DNA from: Cyclobacteriaceae bacterium
GTDB lineage: Bacteria > Bacteroidota > Bacteroidia > Cytophagales > Cyclobacteriaceae
Assembly: GCA_022842845.1 (NCBI GenBank)
Contig: JALHOT010000006.1
Coordinates: forward strand, 110,526-174,525
DNA: 64,000 bases
Direction of reading: 5' to 3'
Below are positions 37,497-48,107 of this stretch, one piece after another (position 1 is the first letter of the stretch; every line of letters starts with the position of its first letter). The notes beneath the pieces are model-generated. The model saw only the letters and a list, made by a program, of their open reading frames with translations. It made no database searches and had not been told where the DNA came from. Made by a program: the position numbers and the translations under genes.

Positions 37497-40400
37497 CTAA
37501 GCCTCAATTTTAAAATCAATTTCAAACTTAGTGCCTTGCATTCGTTCAATTTTTACCTCTGCTTTTAATTGTTTGATAAATATTTCCAGCAATTCCATAC
37601 CAAAAGATCCATGCAAACCAGGTTTGATGTCTGCCGGAAGTGAAATGCCATTATCCGCAACCTGAAGGGTACAACTATTGCCTTGCCTTTTGAATTGAAT
37701 GGCAATTACACCAGATAGCTTATTTTTAAAGGCATGCTTATAGGCATTGACTACCAACTCGTTTACAATTAAACCACAATGGATGGCATAATCTAAATTG
37801 ATCTCTGCAGATTGGATGTCGACAGTCAAATCAATTTGTTTGTCCTGTTGCGCCATACTCACCTGTAAATCACGGATTAAACGCATCAGATAATCCTGCA
37901 CGTTTACCTGGTTAATGGAGCCTGTTTGCAACAAACGCTCGTGAATTAAAGCCACCGAACGTATTCTTTGTCGCATGTTATCCAGGAAGTCGCGCGACTC
38001 AGAAGGATTCATGCTGGCCATCTTGATAAAGATAATTGAGGATATCAGCTGAAGATTATTTTTGACCCTATGATGGATTTCCTTGATCAAAAGATCTTTT
38101 TCCTTCAAGGCATCGATCAATTGTAACTCAACCATTTTTTGATCGGTTACGTCTATGATCACGCCATTCCAGAGCACCCTGCCATCAGACATTTCGCTTG
38201 GGCGGCTCCTTCTTCGGAACCATCGCCAATCGCCATTCATTTGTTTAAAGCGATACTCAATATCAAAAACAGTAAGATTGGCATTTACTTCGTCTGTCTT
38301 ACGCTGGTTCTCTAGCTGATCATCTGGATGGATATGTGCTTCAAAAAGACCTGGATTGTCCAACAACTCCTGTACACTAAGTCCGGTAATGCCTTCTATA
38401 CCTGAGCTGAAATAAATGTATCTGCTCTCCTCCTTGTTTGATGGAAACTCTTCAAATTGATAAATGGCCACCCTCGGTAAATTATCACTGATTACTCTGA
38501 TACGCTCTCTACTCTCTTGCATTACATATTCAGCCTCCTTTAATTCTGTGATATTGTTGAGTGTAGTAATCACACTCATCACCTCTCCGCTGTCATCCAA
38601 ACGGGGAATCACATCTACCAAAAGCCAAATCCTCTCGTTTTTAGTCGGCTTGTTGACACCCATGACCACCCCTTTAATAGATTTCTTTGTACGGATGGCT
38701 ACAGGCACTGGCAATTCTTCAAAAGGGAAGGGTGCTCCATTTTCGCGGACGTGCTTCCAACGTGGATCATAAGAAGTCATACCAATTAATTGATCCTCTG
38801 TTAAACCCAATAAGTCCAAACCAGCTTGATTACTTGAAATAATCTCTGTATCTAAGCTTTGAACCAATACTCCTATGGTTAAATCACGAATGAGTGTTCT
38901 GTATCGATGTTCACTTTCTACAAGTGCTATCGCCTTTTGCTGTCGGTCAAACTCTGCATCAATGGCTTGAACGGCAAATGCAATATTTTCGGTTACCTCT
39001 TGCAGCAGGTTAATCTCCTTATCGGTAAAGAAATCCAGCTCATCTTTATAAAGTGTGAAAACAGCGATTACTTCCTTACCAATAACAATAGGAATAGCTA
39101 TGCTTGAACGGTAATTACGCTTCAGGGCTTCTTCACGCCATAAGTTATAAGCACTATCAGCGGCATTATTGATATTATTATTCACCGCTATTCTTTTCTC
39201 TCTGGCTGCAATACCTGTTGGGCCCCAACCGGCCGGCACATCTAAAATAGATATGGCTGGTATACTATCAAAATAATGATTTTCATGTCCACTCCATACC
39301 AGTGGCTCAACTTCTTGCAATTCATTATTCACCAAGCCTATCCAGGCCATCCTAAAGTTTCCGTATGTGATCGCTATATCGCAAACTTTCATAAATACCT
39401 CCTTCTTGGTACTCGCATGGACCACCATTTGGTTGATCTGACTCGTTACCAGATACAAGCGATTTGACTTGACCAATTCTTTTTCTGCTAACACCCTGGC
39501 GGTGATGTCCTCCATAATAGACAAATGAATGCCCGGTAAAATATTACTTACGGCACTATAGCGTGTGCTGAGAATTTTTCCCGTCTTGGTTTTTAAGTCA
39601 ATAGTACCTGCTTGTCGTCCCTCCTTTAAGAATTCCTGAAACGGATCTTGTTGCGCTGATTCATGGACAGTCACTTGGGCTACATTCAAGTGCACAAATT
39701 CTTCTGATGAATATTCTAATAGTTTAAGTGCAGCTTCATTACCACTGAGGTAATTGCCATGATCATCAGCCAGGATAATGGCATTGATGGCGTTATCGAA
39801 AATTGCTTTTAAACGTGACTGGCTTTCCTGTAGTTCCTCTTGTGCAAGCCTATGACTTGTCACATCAAAAATTACAGTGTACCACAAGGTAGATCCGTCT
39901 GCTTGCCGTTTTGGGGTACCCCTTGCCTCTAACCACTTTAATTTACCTGAGGATGTAGTAATACGCCATTGCCAGTGCCAGTGGCTTAGAGTTCTTCCCG
40001 ATTCCATGACAGAGGAAAACAAACCTTGCACATCGTCAGGGTGTACCATATCCCAAAGTACTTTTGCACTTTTCATCGACTCCTCAGGGTCGATTTCCCA
40101 AATTGTATAACAGCCGTTACTCATATAAGCAACAACATCATTACCATCTGGATAAAGTATGTATTGAAATATAGCACCGGGAATATTTTCGGTCATAGAC
40201 CTATAACGCTCCTCGCTGTCTTTTATAATCTGATTCTTTACCTCTTCTTCAGTAACATCATAATTAACACCAATCATCCTAAAAGGATTACCCTCGGCAT
40301 CATATTCTGGACTGCCAAAACCTTTCACGTACCTTATGGAAGCATCCGATTTTCTTGTAATCCTAAATACTATATCAAAATTTTTCTTCTCGGTTATGGC

Positions 40401-43400
40401 ATCTTGAACCTGTTTATTAAAATAGACACGATCCTCTTCCAACACTAATTCATTAAAGAATGAAAAGTCAATATCACGTCCTTCAGGTACGCCAAATATT
40501 TTATATTCCTGACTGTCCCAAATGATTCTTTCAGACTGGACATAGAACTCCCAAATGCCCATATTACCAGACTGCGTTGCCAACAGCAGACGATTATAGA
40601 CTTTCCCCAGCTCAATTTCGTTCAACTTCTGTTCAGTGGTATCAAGGCCTACACATTGAATACAAATAGGCTTACCTGCTTCATCCTGCAAGGCCACATA
40701 TTCCCAGTCAGTCCAGAAGTAACCACCAGCAGGATTGGGTTTTCGTAAAGAAACCGTTTGAACCTGTCCGGGATTTCGCAAGCACTTAGCCACCACTTCT
40801 AAACAATTGCCATGATCGTCAGTCAATATTGTTGACAGGGCATTGACTCCTATAATTTCTTCAGCTTTCAAACCAAACTTTTCATAAAACTTTTGGTTGG
40901 CAAAAGTATAGTTCCCCTGCAAGTCAGTTCTAATCAAAAAGCTTGATTGCGAATTGACCAGGGATTCAAAATAGCGCTTGCTTTGAAAGAGCTCTTGTTC
41001 TGCATTTTTCCTGGCAGAAATATCTGAAGCATTAAAAGACACACCAATGATCTCTCCCCGTTTATTGCGAACAGGTAAATACCTGATTTGATTCCAATAC
41101 TTAATAATAGGACTAAACGCAACTTCCCTTTCTATAGTAACGGACTCGCCCGACAATGCCATTTTGAAATTGCGAATCAAATCCTCCGCTAAATCCGGTG
41201 GTGTAAAATCCAGAATACTATCACCTATGTGTACTTCTCTTTGATAGATCCTGTTGGCACCTAAGGCTGCAGATTGATTAAAAGAACGAATCTTAAGTTC
41301 AGGATCTAGTAAGAAGGTTGCATCTGTAGAGGCATTAAGCACTGCATTTAATTCATCGTACACATTTTGTAACGACTGTTCTGATTGCTTCCTCTCAGTA
41401 ACATCCAAGAAACTCGCCACTGCTCCAATTAAAGTTCCTTTATAATCGAATAATGGTGCAGCATTTACGTTAAGCCACTTCAACTTTTCACCTGGGGCTA
41501 GGATGCCGTGCTCTACACTAATTGCTTGTTTCTTTTCTCGCAAGGCAATTGCTAAAGGTAATTTATCCTCTGGGTAAAGATTACCAGCCTCGTCTACTTG
41601 TCGCCAATCTTTCGAAGCAAAATACCGGTGTTCAATTTCTTCACTTTCAAGTGACAAGATATCGGCTGCTGTTTGATTAGCATAAGTGATGTCTCCGTTT
41701 ACATCAACCACTACTAATCCGCTAATCATGGTCTGGAAAATACTATGGAGTTTAGCTTCTGATGCTTGAAGCGCTAATTCGAGTTTCTTCCTTTTCGTAA
41801 TATTAATAGCAAGACCATCCCAGATTGTTTTCCCATCGGGCAGCCTTCGTGGATTTGAACGTGTTTGAATCCACTTAGTCTTTCCACTCGGGGTAAGTAT
41901 CCGGTATTCATGTTCAAAAGGTGTCAGGTCTCGTCTTGAAATTTCACCCTTCTGCAACATGGCTTCTAAATCGTTGGGCAACACCATGTTAAAACCAAGC
42001 ATCGGATCCTTTGCGAGCATATCAGCCGATATTTCAAACAAATCGTTTACCCCGCTACTTGCATAAGGGAAACTTTCTATTTCACCTTTTTCATTAACAA
42101 CATATTGATAAATGATTCCATCATTCAAGTTATTAGTAATGCTTCTCAATCGCTCCTCATCTTCTGCAATCTTCTTTTGGGCTTCTAGTTTTTCAGTAAT
42201 GTTCAGTGAAATACCTCCTACTGCGAATATATTATTCAAAGCATCTCTCAGCGGGAATTTATATTCAAGGAAAGTTTGTCCTTGCACAAGATGTTCAAAC
42301 TGCAGGGTTTCACCAGTATCCACAATGTGCTTATCTCTTACCCTGCACCAATCCGAAAATTCTTTATCAAAAATATCATAATCAGTATAACCTGCATGAA
42401 GGTCTTTATCCTTCATAAAATCTTTATACATTTTATTATAGAAAGTGTAGCGCCCTTCGAGATCTTTAATGAAGGTAACCATCGGTGCATGATCCATAAA
42501 TGTCTGCAAAGCTTGTTCGCTCCTTTGCATATCTTCCATGGCTTTTTTTAGACCTGTGATATCCGACTCAACAGCCATGTAACCGAGCAAGACACCTTCG
42601 TTAGATTTCAAAGGCTGCACCTCTATATCAAGCCAATATTTTCTGCCTGATTTGGAGTAGTTCAATAACTCTACCTTAAAGCTTTCTTCTTGCTTGAGAT
42701 AAGCCCTCATCTTGGCGATGGTTGCCTGATCGGTTTCCGGACCTTGTAGAAAAGAACCAGGCTTTTTGCCAATCACTTCTTCGAAAGCATACTCAGTTAT
42801 TTTTTCAAAACCCTTATTTACCCAGGTTATTAACCCTTTAGGATCTGTAAATATGACTGCATTGTTAGTTCTACTGGCAATAAGAGCAAGCTTTTCAACT
42901 TGGGCTGATAGCCGTTTTTTATCTGTAATATCCGTTGAAACAAAACTAACCCCTATTACCTGTTCATTCTCGTTTAGTATTGGATAATGCCTGAATAGCC
43001 ACCAAGAAGACTCCATACCAGGTACTTCCAGGTTAAACTCTCTTTCTGCTACCTGACCAGATAAGCCCAATGAGAAATCAGCATAGAATACATCCTTAGT
43101 CGATGGCAAAATATAATCGGCTATATTTTGGCCTTGAAACATTTCCGTGTTGAAAACAACCTTGGCATTTTGTGCAGCTACTCTGTTAAAGTCAAGAATA
43201 TTGGCATTATGATCCAATAAAATGGTGGAATCTGATTTACTATCAAAAAACGCACGCAATCGTCTTTGGGATTCAGTGAGTTTTAATTCAACTAACTTCC
43301 GATGGGTGACATCAGAAATATAACCATGCCACAATATGCTTCCGTCTGCTTCACGCTCTGGTGAGGCCTTGCCCTCGACCCATATAACATCACCATTGGA

Positions 43401-45530
43401 TAAAATGACACGGTATTCATCATACCATAGTGTCAAACTTTTAGCAGAATCTTCAATAGTTTTTTGCACATGGAGCAAATCGTCTGGGTGTATCACATTA
43501 AAAACACTTGATGCATCTTGGACCAGTGTTGCTGAATCTGCACTGTAAAAATAATTTACTGCTTCACTGGTATAAGGAAAGTGAGAAGTGCCATCAGGCC
43601 TTAGCCGATATTGATAGATAAATCCAAGTAGATGTTTGGCAATGTTATCAAATCGATCAAGTATTTCTGTTTTTACCTGATCTGCTTTCTTACGATCTGT
43701 TATATCACGTAAAACGATAGAACCCTTCAAGTCTCCGCTGGCATCAACAAAAAGACTTGAGCTTATCTCAGCAGTAAAGATTTCCCCTCCTTTACGCTTC
43801 ATCAACAATTCTCCTACATAAAATCCTTGCTCCTCTCGTTTCTGCAGGATTGCCTTTACTTTGACAGGATCCTCGGCCACCAGGCCCTCACGACCAAGCA
43901 TCATTATTTCTTGCTCGCTCATGTTAAAAATTTTACAAGCCGCAGGATTAGCAGATAATATTTTACCGTTCGGTTCGGTAAATAATATGGCATCGCCACT
44001 ATTTTCAATGATCAGTCTATTTCTTATTTCACTTTCAACTAAAATAGATTGATCAGCCTTCTGTCTTGTAATATCTTGTAAATAACCATACCAATAGTTT
44101 TTACCATTCTTTTCAACATAAGGATTCGAGTGACCTGCAATCCATTTCGTTAATCCATCTTTTGTAATTACCCGAAATTCGTAAGTCCATGGCTCATCGG
44201 AATAAAATGCATCTTTAATTGATGCATTCAATCCAACAAGATCAGCTGAGTGTACCATGGAAAATAAAGCATGGCTATCCTTGACTAGCGTATCGGCACT
44301 GATCCCAAGTAATGATTCGCAGCCTGCACTTACAAAAGGGAAAACTGCTTCCTCCTTATCAGTCAAATAAAAATTATAAATAACACCCGGAACGTTTTCA
44401 GAAAGACGTTTAAATAGTTCTGTGGTATCAATTAGTGTTTGTTCAACCTTTTTTACTTCAGAGATGTCATGAAAATTAACGAAGAGACCCAGTGGGCTTG
44501 GATAGATAAAAATCCTAAAAGCCTGGTTTGGGTCTAATACATTTACGTGATCAAGATGCTTACTTTGTTTAGTTATTAACACCTCCTGATAAGCTTCAAG
44601 AAGTTCGTTGCCCTGCATAAAAGGAAATAAGTCCACTATACTTTTTCCAATCATTTCTGTTGGCTCCATTTTCGCCATTGAAGAAAAAACTGAATTAACC
44701 ATCGTAAACCTAAGGTCATGATCCAAGGCAAAGAAGCCATCGGTTATGCCACTGAGCATCATATCCATTTGATCGGCCATGATATTGTGCTCTTTCTCCC
44801 TTCTTTTACGCTGTGTGATATCATTTCTGACAGAAAGAAAATCCGTTATCTTACCATATTCATTCACATAAGGCATAATAAACGTGTCAACCCAATAATA
44901 GCTACCGTCTTTAGCCTGGTTGCGGACTTCAGCATGCCAGGTTTTTCCCTGACTGATCGTCTTCCACATGTCTACCCAAAATTCTTTGTTGTGGTAATGA
45001 GAGTTAATAATACGATGATTCTTTCCTAACAACTCATATCTGGAGTATCCACTAATGGCTACGAATTTTTCATTCACAAAGGTGATGTTGCCTTTGCTAT
45101 CAGTCATTGAAACGATGCAAGAATTTTGAATCGCTTCTTTAAAAAAGTGGTCTTTGGAAACAACGGATAAAGGGTTTTGATTTATTATCTCATGCTGCTT
45201 TTCATGGCACTCTATTAAAACATAACGCTTTTTATGTTGGTTAAGTGGATGGAGGATAAGATCATATTGTTTTGATTCACCATTTCTTCTCGTAATGTTA
45301 CCATTAGTAATTTTCTTGCTCTTAGCCTTCAGTGCTTTTAATTGCCTGATAATAGTAAGATCTGACAGTAAAGTATCAAGGGTACTTGCCTTTAAAAACT
45401 TTTCGGTATAGCCAAAAGATTTAACGGCAGGCCTATTCGCCTCCACAATCAAGAGGCTCTTGCTATCAACAACAAGTAATGGAATGAGATGTGTGCTAAA
45501 GTACGATGGGAGCTGATATGGTGCTTTCAT
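37497..45530 (-). CDS. Giant (2677 aa) cytoplasmic multi-PAS/GAF sensor kinase, HisKA_2 type
   Basis: Roughly 18 PAS/PAC modules plus one GAF (AWIGLV), H-box EIHHRVKNNLQ, IVNELVVNAYKHAF, ADNGIS, FGMELL. Confidence 0.92.
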   Translation of the reverse strand: MKAPYQLPSYFSTHLIPLLVVDSKSLLIVEANRPAVKSFGYTEKFLKASTLDTLLSDLTIIRQLKALKAKSKKITNGNITRRNGESKQYDLILHPLNQHKKRYVLIECHEKQHEIINQNPLSVVSKDHFFKEAIQNSCIVSMTDSKGNITFVNEKFVAISGYSRYELLGKNHRIINSHYHNKEFWVDMWKTISQGKTWHAEVRNQAKDGSYYWVDTFIMPYVNEYGKITDFLSVRNDITQRKRREKEHNIMADQMDMMLSGITDGFFALDHDLRFTMVNSVFSSMAKMEPTEMIGKSIVDLFPFMQGNELLEAYQEVLITKQSKHLDHVNVLDPNQAFRIFIYPSPLGLFVNFHDISEVKKVEQTLIDTTELFKRLSENVPGVIYNFYLTDKEEAVFPFVSAGCESLLGISADTLVKDSHALFSMVHSADLVGLNASIKDAFYSDEPWTYEFRVITKDGLTKWIAGHSNPYVEKNGKNYWYGYLQDITRQKADQSILVESEIRNRLIIENSGDAILFTEPNGKILSANPAACKIFNMSEQEIMMLGREGLVAEDPVKVKAILQKREEQGFYVGELLMKRKGGEIFTAEISSSLFVDASGDLKGSIVLRDITDRKKADQVKTEILDRFDNIAKHLLGFIYQYRLRPDGTSHFPYTSEAVNYFYSADSATLVQDASSVFNVIHPDDLLHVQKTIEDSAKSLTLWYDEYRVILSNGDVIWVEGKASPEREADGSILWHGYISDVTHRKLVELKLTESQRRLRAFFDSKSDSTILLDHNANILDFNRVAAQNAKVVFNTEMFQGQNIADYILPSTKDVFYADFSLGLSGQVAEREFNLEVPGMESSWWLFRHYPILNENEQVIGVSFVSTDITDKKRLSAQVEKLALIASRTNNAVIFTDPKGLITWVNKGFEKITEYAFEEVIGKKPGSFLQGPETDQATIAKMRAYLKQEESFKVELLNYSKSGRKYWLDIEVQPLKSNEGVLLGYMAVESDITGLKKAMEDMQRSEQALQTFMDHAPMVTFIKDLEGRYTFYNKMYKDFMKDKDLHAGYTDYDIFDKEFSDWCRVRDKHIVDTGETLQFEHLVQGQTFLEYKFPLRDALNNIFAVGGISLNITEKLEAQKKIAEDEERLRSITNNLNDGIIYQYVVNEKGEIESFPYASSGVNDLFEISADMLAKDPMLGFNMVLPNDLEAMLQKGEISRRDLTPFEHEYRILTPSGKTKWIQTRSNPRRLPDGKTIWDGLAINITKRKKLELALQASEAKLHSIFQTMISGLVVVDVNGDITYANQTAADILSLESEEIEHRYFASKDWRQVDEAGNLYPEDKLPLAIALREKKQAISVEHGILAPGEKLKWLNVNAAPLFDYKGTLIGAVASFLDVTERKQSEQSLQNVYDELNAVLNASTDATFLLDPELKIRSFNQSAALGANRIYQREVHIGDSILDFTPPDLAEDLIRNFKMALSGESVTIEREVAFSPIIKYWNQIRYLPVRNKRGEIIGVSFNASDISARKNAEQELFQSKRYFESLVNSQSSFLIRTDLQGNYTFANQKFYEKFGLKAEEIIGVNALSTILTDDHGNCLEVVAKCLRNPGQVQTVSLRKPNPAGGYFWTDWEYVALQDEAGKPICIQCVGLDTTEQKLNEIELGKVYNRLLLATQSGNMGIWEFYVQSERIIWDSQEYKIFGVPEGRDIDFSFFNELVLEEDRVYFNKQVQDAITEKKNFDIVFRITRKSDASIRYVKGFGSPEYDAEGNPFRMIGVNYDVTEEEVKNQIIKDSEERYRSMTENIPGAIFQYILYPDGNDVVAYMSNGCYTIWEIDPEESMKSAKVLWDMVHPDDVQGLFSSVMESGRTLSHWHWQWRITTSSGKLKWLEARGTPKRQADGSTLWYTVIFDVTSHRLAQEELQESQSRLKAIFDNAINAIILADDHGNYLSGNEAALKLLEYSSEEFVHLNVAQVTVHESAQQDPFQEFLKEGRQAGTIDLKTKTGKILSTRYSAVSNILPGIHLSIMEDITARVLAEKELVKSNRLYLVTSQINQMVVHASTKKEVFMKVCDIAITYGNFRMAWIGLVNNELQEVEPLVWSGHENHYFDSIPAISILDVPAGWGPTGIAAREKRIAVNNNINNAADSAYNLWREEALKRNYRSSIAIPIVIGKEVIAVFTLYKDELDFFTDKEINLLQEVTENIAFAVQAIDAEFDRQQKAIALVESEHRYRTLIRDLTIGVLVQSLDTEIISSNQAGLDLLGLTEDQLIGMTSYDPRWKHVRENGAPFPFEELPVPVAIRTKKSIKGVVMGVNKPTKNERIWLLVDVIPRLDDSGEVMSVITTLNNITELKEAEYVMQESRERIRVISDNLPRVAIYQFEEFPSNKEESRYIYFSSGIEGITGLSVQELLDNPGLFEAHIHPDDQLENQRKTDEVNANLTVFDIEYRFKQMNGDWRWFRRRSRPSEMSDGRVLWNGVIIDVTDQKMVELQLIDALKEKDLLIKEIHHRVKNNLQLISSIIFIKMASMNPSESRDFLDNMRQRIRSVALIHERLLQTGSINQVNVQDYLMRLIRDLQVSMAQQDKQIDLTVDIQSAEINLDYAIHCGLIVNELVVNAYKHAFKNKLSGVIAIQFKRQGNSCTLQVADNGISLPADIKPGLHGSFGMELLEIFIKQLKAEVKIERMQGTKFEIDFKIEA

Positions 45531-45605
45531 GTTGCCTATTGTAGGTGTTACAATACAATAGGAAATGTAGCCATTAAAAAACTTTAAAACAGCCGTGCAA
45601 GTACG

Positions 45606-45621
45606 TAGGTAGATTTACGTA
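45606..45621. promoter_or_regulatory. 16-bp operator, copy 3 (TAGGTAGATTTACGTA)
   Basis: About 76 bp upstream of the giant kinase start; overlaps a second TACGTA. Confidence 0.55.
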
Positions 45622-45642
45622 ATTACCTTTGAATAAGATGAA

Positions 45643-46026
45643 TTAAATAGAACTAGCGGCAAAGGGTCTAGCAGCTTTTTTGAAATCTGCCTGGTCCCCT
45701 AATTCGTGCTTTGTAAAGTGATCGACAATATCCGCCTTATAATTAAGCTTAACCGCTAAGGCCTTACAATAAGCTGCTTCGTCAGCATGGATCTGGCCAT
45801 CCGCTTTGATGATGCGAAGTGCCCAGTACAATATGTCTGCCCGCGTGGGGGCATCTTTAAAGTCGTTTAAATTAACAGGGTGAGCTGCTTCTTGAATAGC
45901 ATGGTTATTCAAGCCTGCTTCTGCTAACAGGCTTTTTAATACATCTTTCTCTGTTTCATCAAACTTACCATCGATCGTTGCCAGGTGCACGAGTAGGTTT
46001 AATTTTTTTCGGATTACTTCTTCCAT
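45643..46026 (-). CDS. TerB-family (tellurite resistance/DjlA-like) protein
   Basis: Duplicated motif ATIDGKFDETE / IKADGQIHADE. Confidence 0.75.
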   Translation of the reverse strand: MEEVIRKKLNLLVHLATIDGKFDETEKDVLKSLLAEAGLNNHAIQEAAHPVNLNDFKDAPTRADILYWALRIIKADGQIHADEAAYCKALAVKLNYKADIVDHFTKHELGDQADFKKAARPFAASSI

Positions 46027-46074
46027 AAAAGGGTCATTTCGGCCTCAAGTTAATGGATTTAATAGAGTTACACA

Positions 46075-46090
46075 TCGGTGAAACTACGTA
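46075..46090. promoter_or_regulatory. 16-bp operator, copy 4 (TCGGTGAAACTACGTA)
   Basis: In the divergent gap between the TerB-like gene and the TPR kinase; 13/16 identical to copy 1. Confidence 0.6.
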
Positions 46091-46176
46091 TGTAGAATTG
46101 ATGATTTAAATCAATTCCTTGCTTAATCTTCTATAAAAAATGAAAAATTGTCTATCTTAGAAGTTGTAGTAGCCCC

Positions 46177-48078
46177 ATGATTCGCGCTGTAAGTATTTTT
46201 ATTTTTACCTGCATTGTTCTAGGTGCGCACTGTGTTAATAGTCAAATTTTAACAGATAGTTTACGAAAAGAATTAAAGAAAGAGCATGTTGACACAGTTC
46301 GGATAAAACTACTGCTTGCTTTTTCAGAAAATCAGATGTTTAGCAATTCTGATAGTGCCTTGTATTATGCCAACAAGGCCCTGGCTTTGGCCAACAGCAT
46401 TGGAAATACAGCCGGATCAATTGCAGCCATTAACAAAGTAGGACGCGCCTATTGGTCTAAAGGCAATCTTCAAGAAGGTCTCCGCTATTTTTTACAATCG
46501 CTGAAATTGGCTGAGCAGGAACAGCTACCCGAATTCATAGCACTCAACCAAGGCAGCATAGGACTTATCTTCTCCGGTTCGGGACTATACACCAAAGCCA
46601 TTGATTATTACAAAAATGCCCTGCTTTATTATCAACAAGAAAAAAATTACGAGCGTATAGCCGTACTGTATAACAATACAGGGAAAGGCTTTTTAAATAT
46701 GAATCAAACAGATTCTGCTGAATACTATTTTCTTGTATCTGATAGTGTAAAAAGAGTTCATGGCATTAACCTGCCCATCACAAGCTTTAATTTAGCCGAT
46801 CTCTATTTTCAGCTGGGGAAACTAAAGGAAAGCCTTGTATGGCTTGTTATCTGCGAGGCTGAAAGCCATACACGCAATGATGTAAGAGCCTTAATCCGCT
46901 GCTACCAGCTTCGAGCTGAAATTGCGCTGAAAGAGGGGGATTATACAAAGGCAGAAGACCTGGCTAAACAGGCGGTAAGCATGGCTAATGAAACCCGAAT
47001 TAAAGAATTGATTTACATTACGTACCGGACCTACTCTTCTGTACTCCATAAGTTAAGAAAGCACGAGACTGCCTACGACTATTTTGAACTCTACACGCAC
47101 TACCGCGACAGCCTGCAAAGCATTAATACGCAAAACTCTTTGCTTGCCTATGAGTTTCTACTCAATGAGCAAGAGATTAAAAGTTTAAAAGCACAGCAAA
47201 AAATACAAGAAGAAAACAGCGAAAGAGAAAGACTGATCATGGCTGGTTTGCTTGTACTGCTCATCATCATTGCCTCCCTTGCCTATTATTTATTCAGATC
47301 CAGAGAACAACGTAAAAAATTAAATTTACAATTATCCCAACGGAACGAGGCCATCTCGCAGCAAAACAAGCTCCTTAGCGAAAAGGCAGAAAAACTTCAG
47401 GCCTTAAATAATTTTCGCAATACTATACTTTCAGTTATTACCCATGATTTAAGAGGGCCTTTTACTTCCCTGCAAAGTTTGTTAAACAGCTCACTTAAGG
47501 AGCAGCTAAGCACGCAGGATGTCGAAATGATTTTAATAGAACTCAGCAAACAATTAAGAACTATCACCGCTTTAACAGACACCCTGCTTACCTGGGGTAG
47601 CTCGCATCGGGATAATTACGAGATCAGTCTTAAAGAAATTGATTTAAATACCTTCTTCACAGAACAAGTACTTTTCTTTCAGGACAATGCCAAAGCCAAA
47701 AAAATTACACTGCGCAACGAGGTATACAATACCTTTAGATTGCAGGCAGATGAGAATATACTTAGCGTAATTATCAGAAACTTTATCAGCAATTCCTTAA
47801 AGTATTGTAATGCTGGTGATACCATTAGCCTGCAAGCCCAGATCAGTGGTGACTATATACTGCTTGAAGTGGTGGACAGTGGACCGGGTATTCCGAAAGA
47901 AGTATTGAGTCGTTTACTTTTCAATCCGGTACAATCCAAAGCCGATGGCAGTGGTTATAAGGGTGCGGGCATAGGCCTGGTATTGTGTTCTGAGCTGGCC
48001 AAGCGTATGCAGGGAAGTATTAGACTTGAGAGTGAAGAAGGTAAAGGCACCAGAGCCCTCTTTCGTTTCCCCAAATAA
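46177..48078 (+). CDS. TPR-repeat membrane sensor histidine kinase
   Basis: Signal peptide, TPRs, TM, H-box THDLRGP, NFISNSLKY, DSGPG, GAGIGL. Confidence 0.9.
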   Translation: MIRAVSIFIFTCIVLGAHCVNSQILTDSLRKELKKEHVDTVRIKLLLAFSENQMFSNSDSALYYANKALALANSIGNTAGSIAAINKVGRAYWSKGNLQEGLRYFLQSLKLAEQEQLPEFIALNQGSIGLIFSGSGLYTKAIDYYKNALLYYQQEKNYERIAVLYNNTGKGFLNMNQTDSAEYYFLVSDSVKRVHGINLPITSFNLADLYFQLGKLKESLVWLVICEAESHTRNDVRALIRCYQLRAEIALKEGDYTKAEDLAKQAVSMANETRIKELIYITYRTYSSVLHKLRKHETAYDYFELYTHYRDSLQSINTQNSLLAYEFLLNEQEIKSLKAQQKIQEENSERERLIMAGLLVLLIIIASLAYYLFRSREQRKKLNLQLSQRNEAISQQNKLLSEKAEKLQALNNFRNTILSVITHDLRGPFTSLQSLLNSSLKEQLSTQDVEMILIELSKQLRTITALTDTLLTWGSSHRDNYEISLKEIDLNTFFTEQVLFFQDNAKAKKITLRNEVYNTFRLQADENILSVIIRNFISNSLKYCNAGDTISLQAQISGDYILLEVVDSGPGIPKEVLSRLLFNPVQSKADGSGYKGAGIGLVLCSELAKRMQGSIRLESEEGKGTRALFRFPK

Positions 48079-48107
48079 CTTGTTTATTCAAGCATTAATA
48101 TATCTTA

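Noticed and set aside
42555-42891. Canonical LOV blue-light photoreceptor
   Set aside because: The adduct-forming Cys of GRNCRFLQ is absent (GKKPGSFLQG), so it is reported only as LOV-like.
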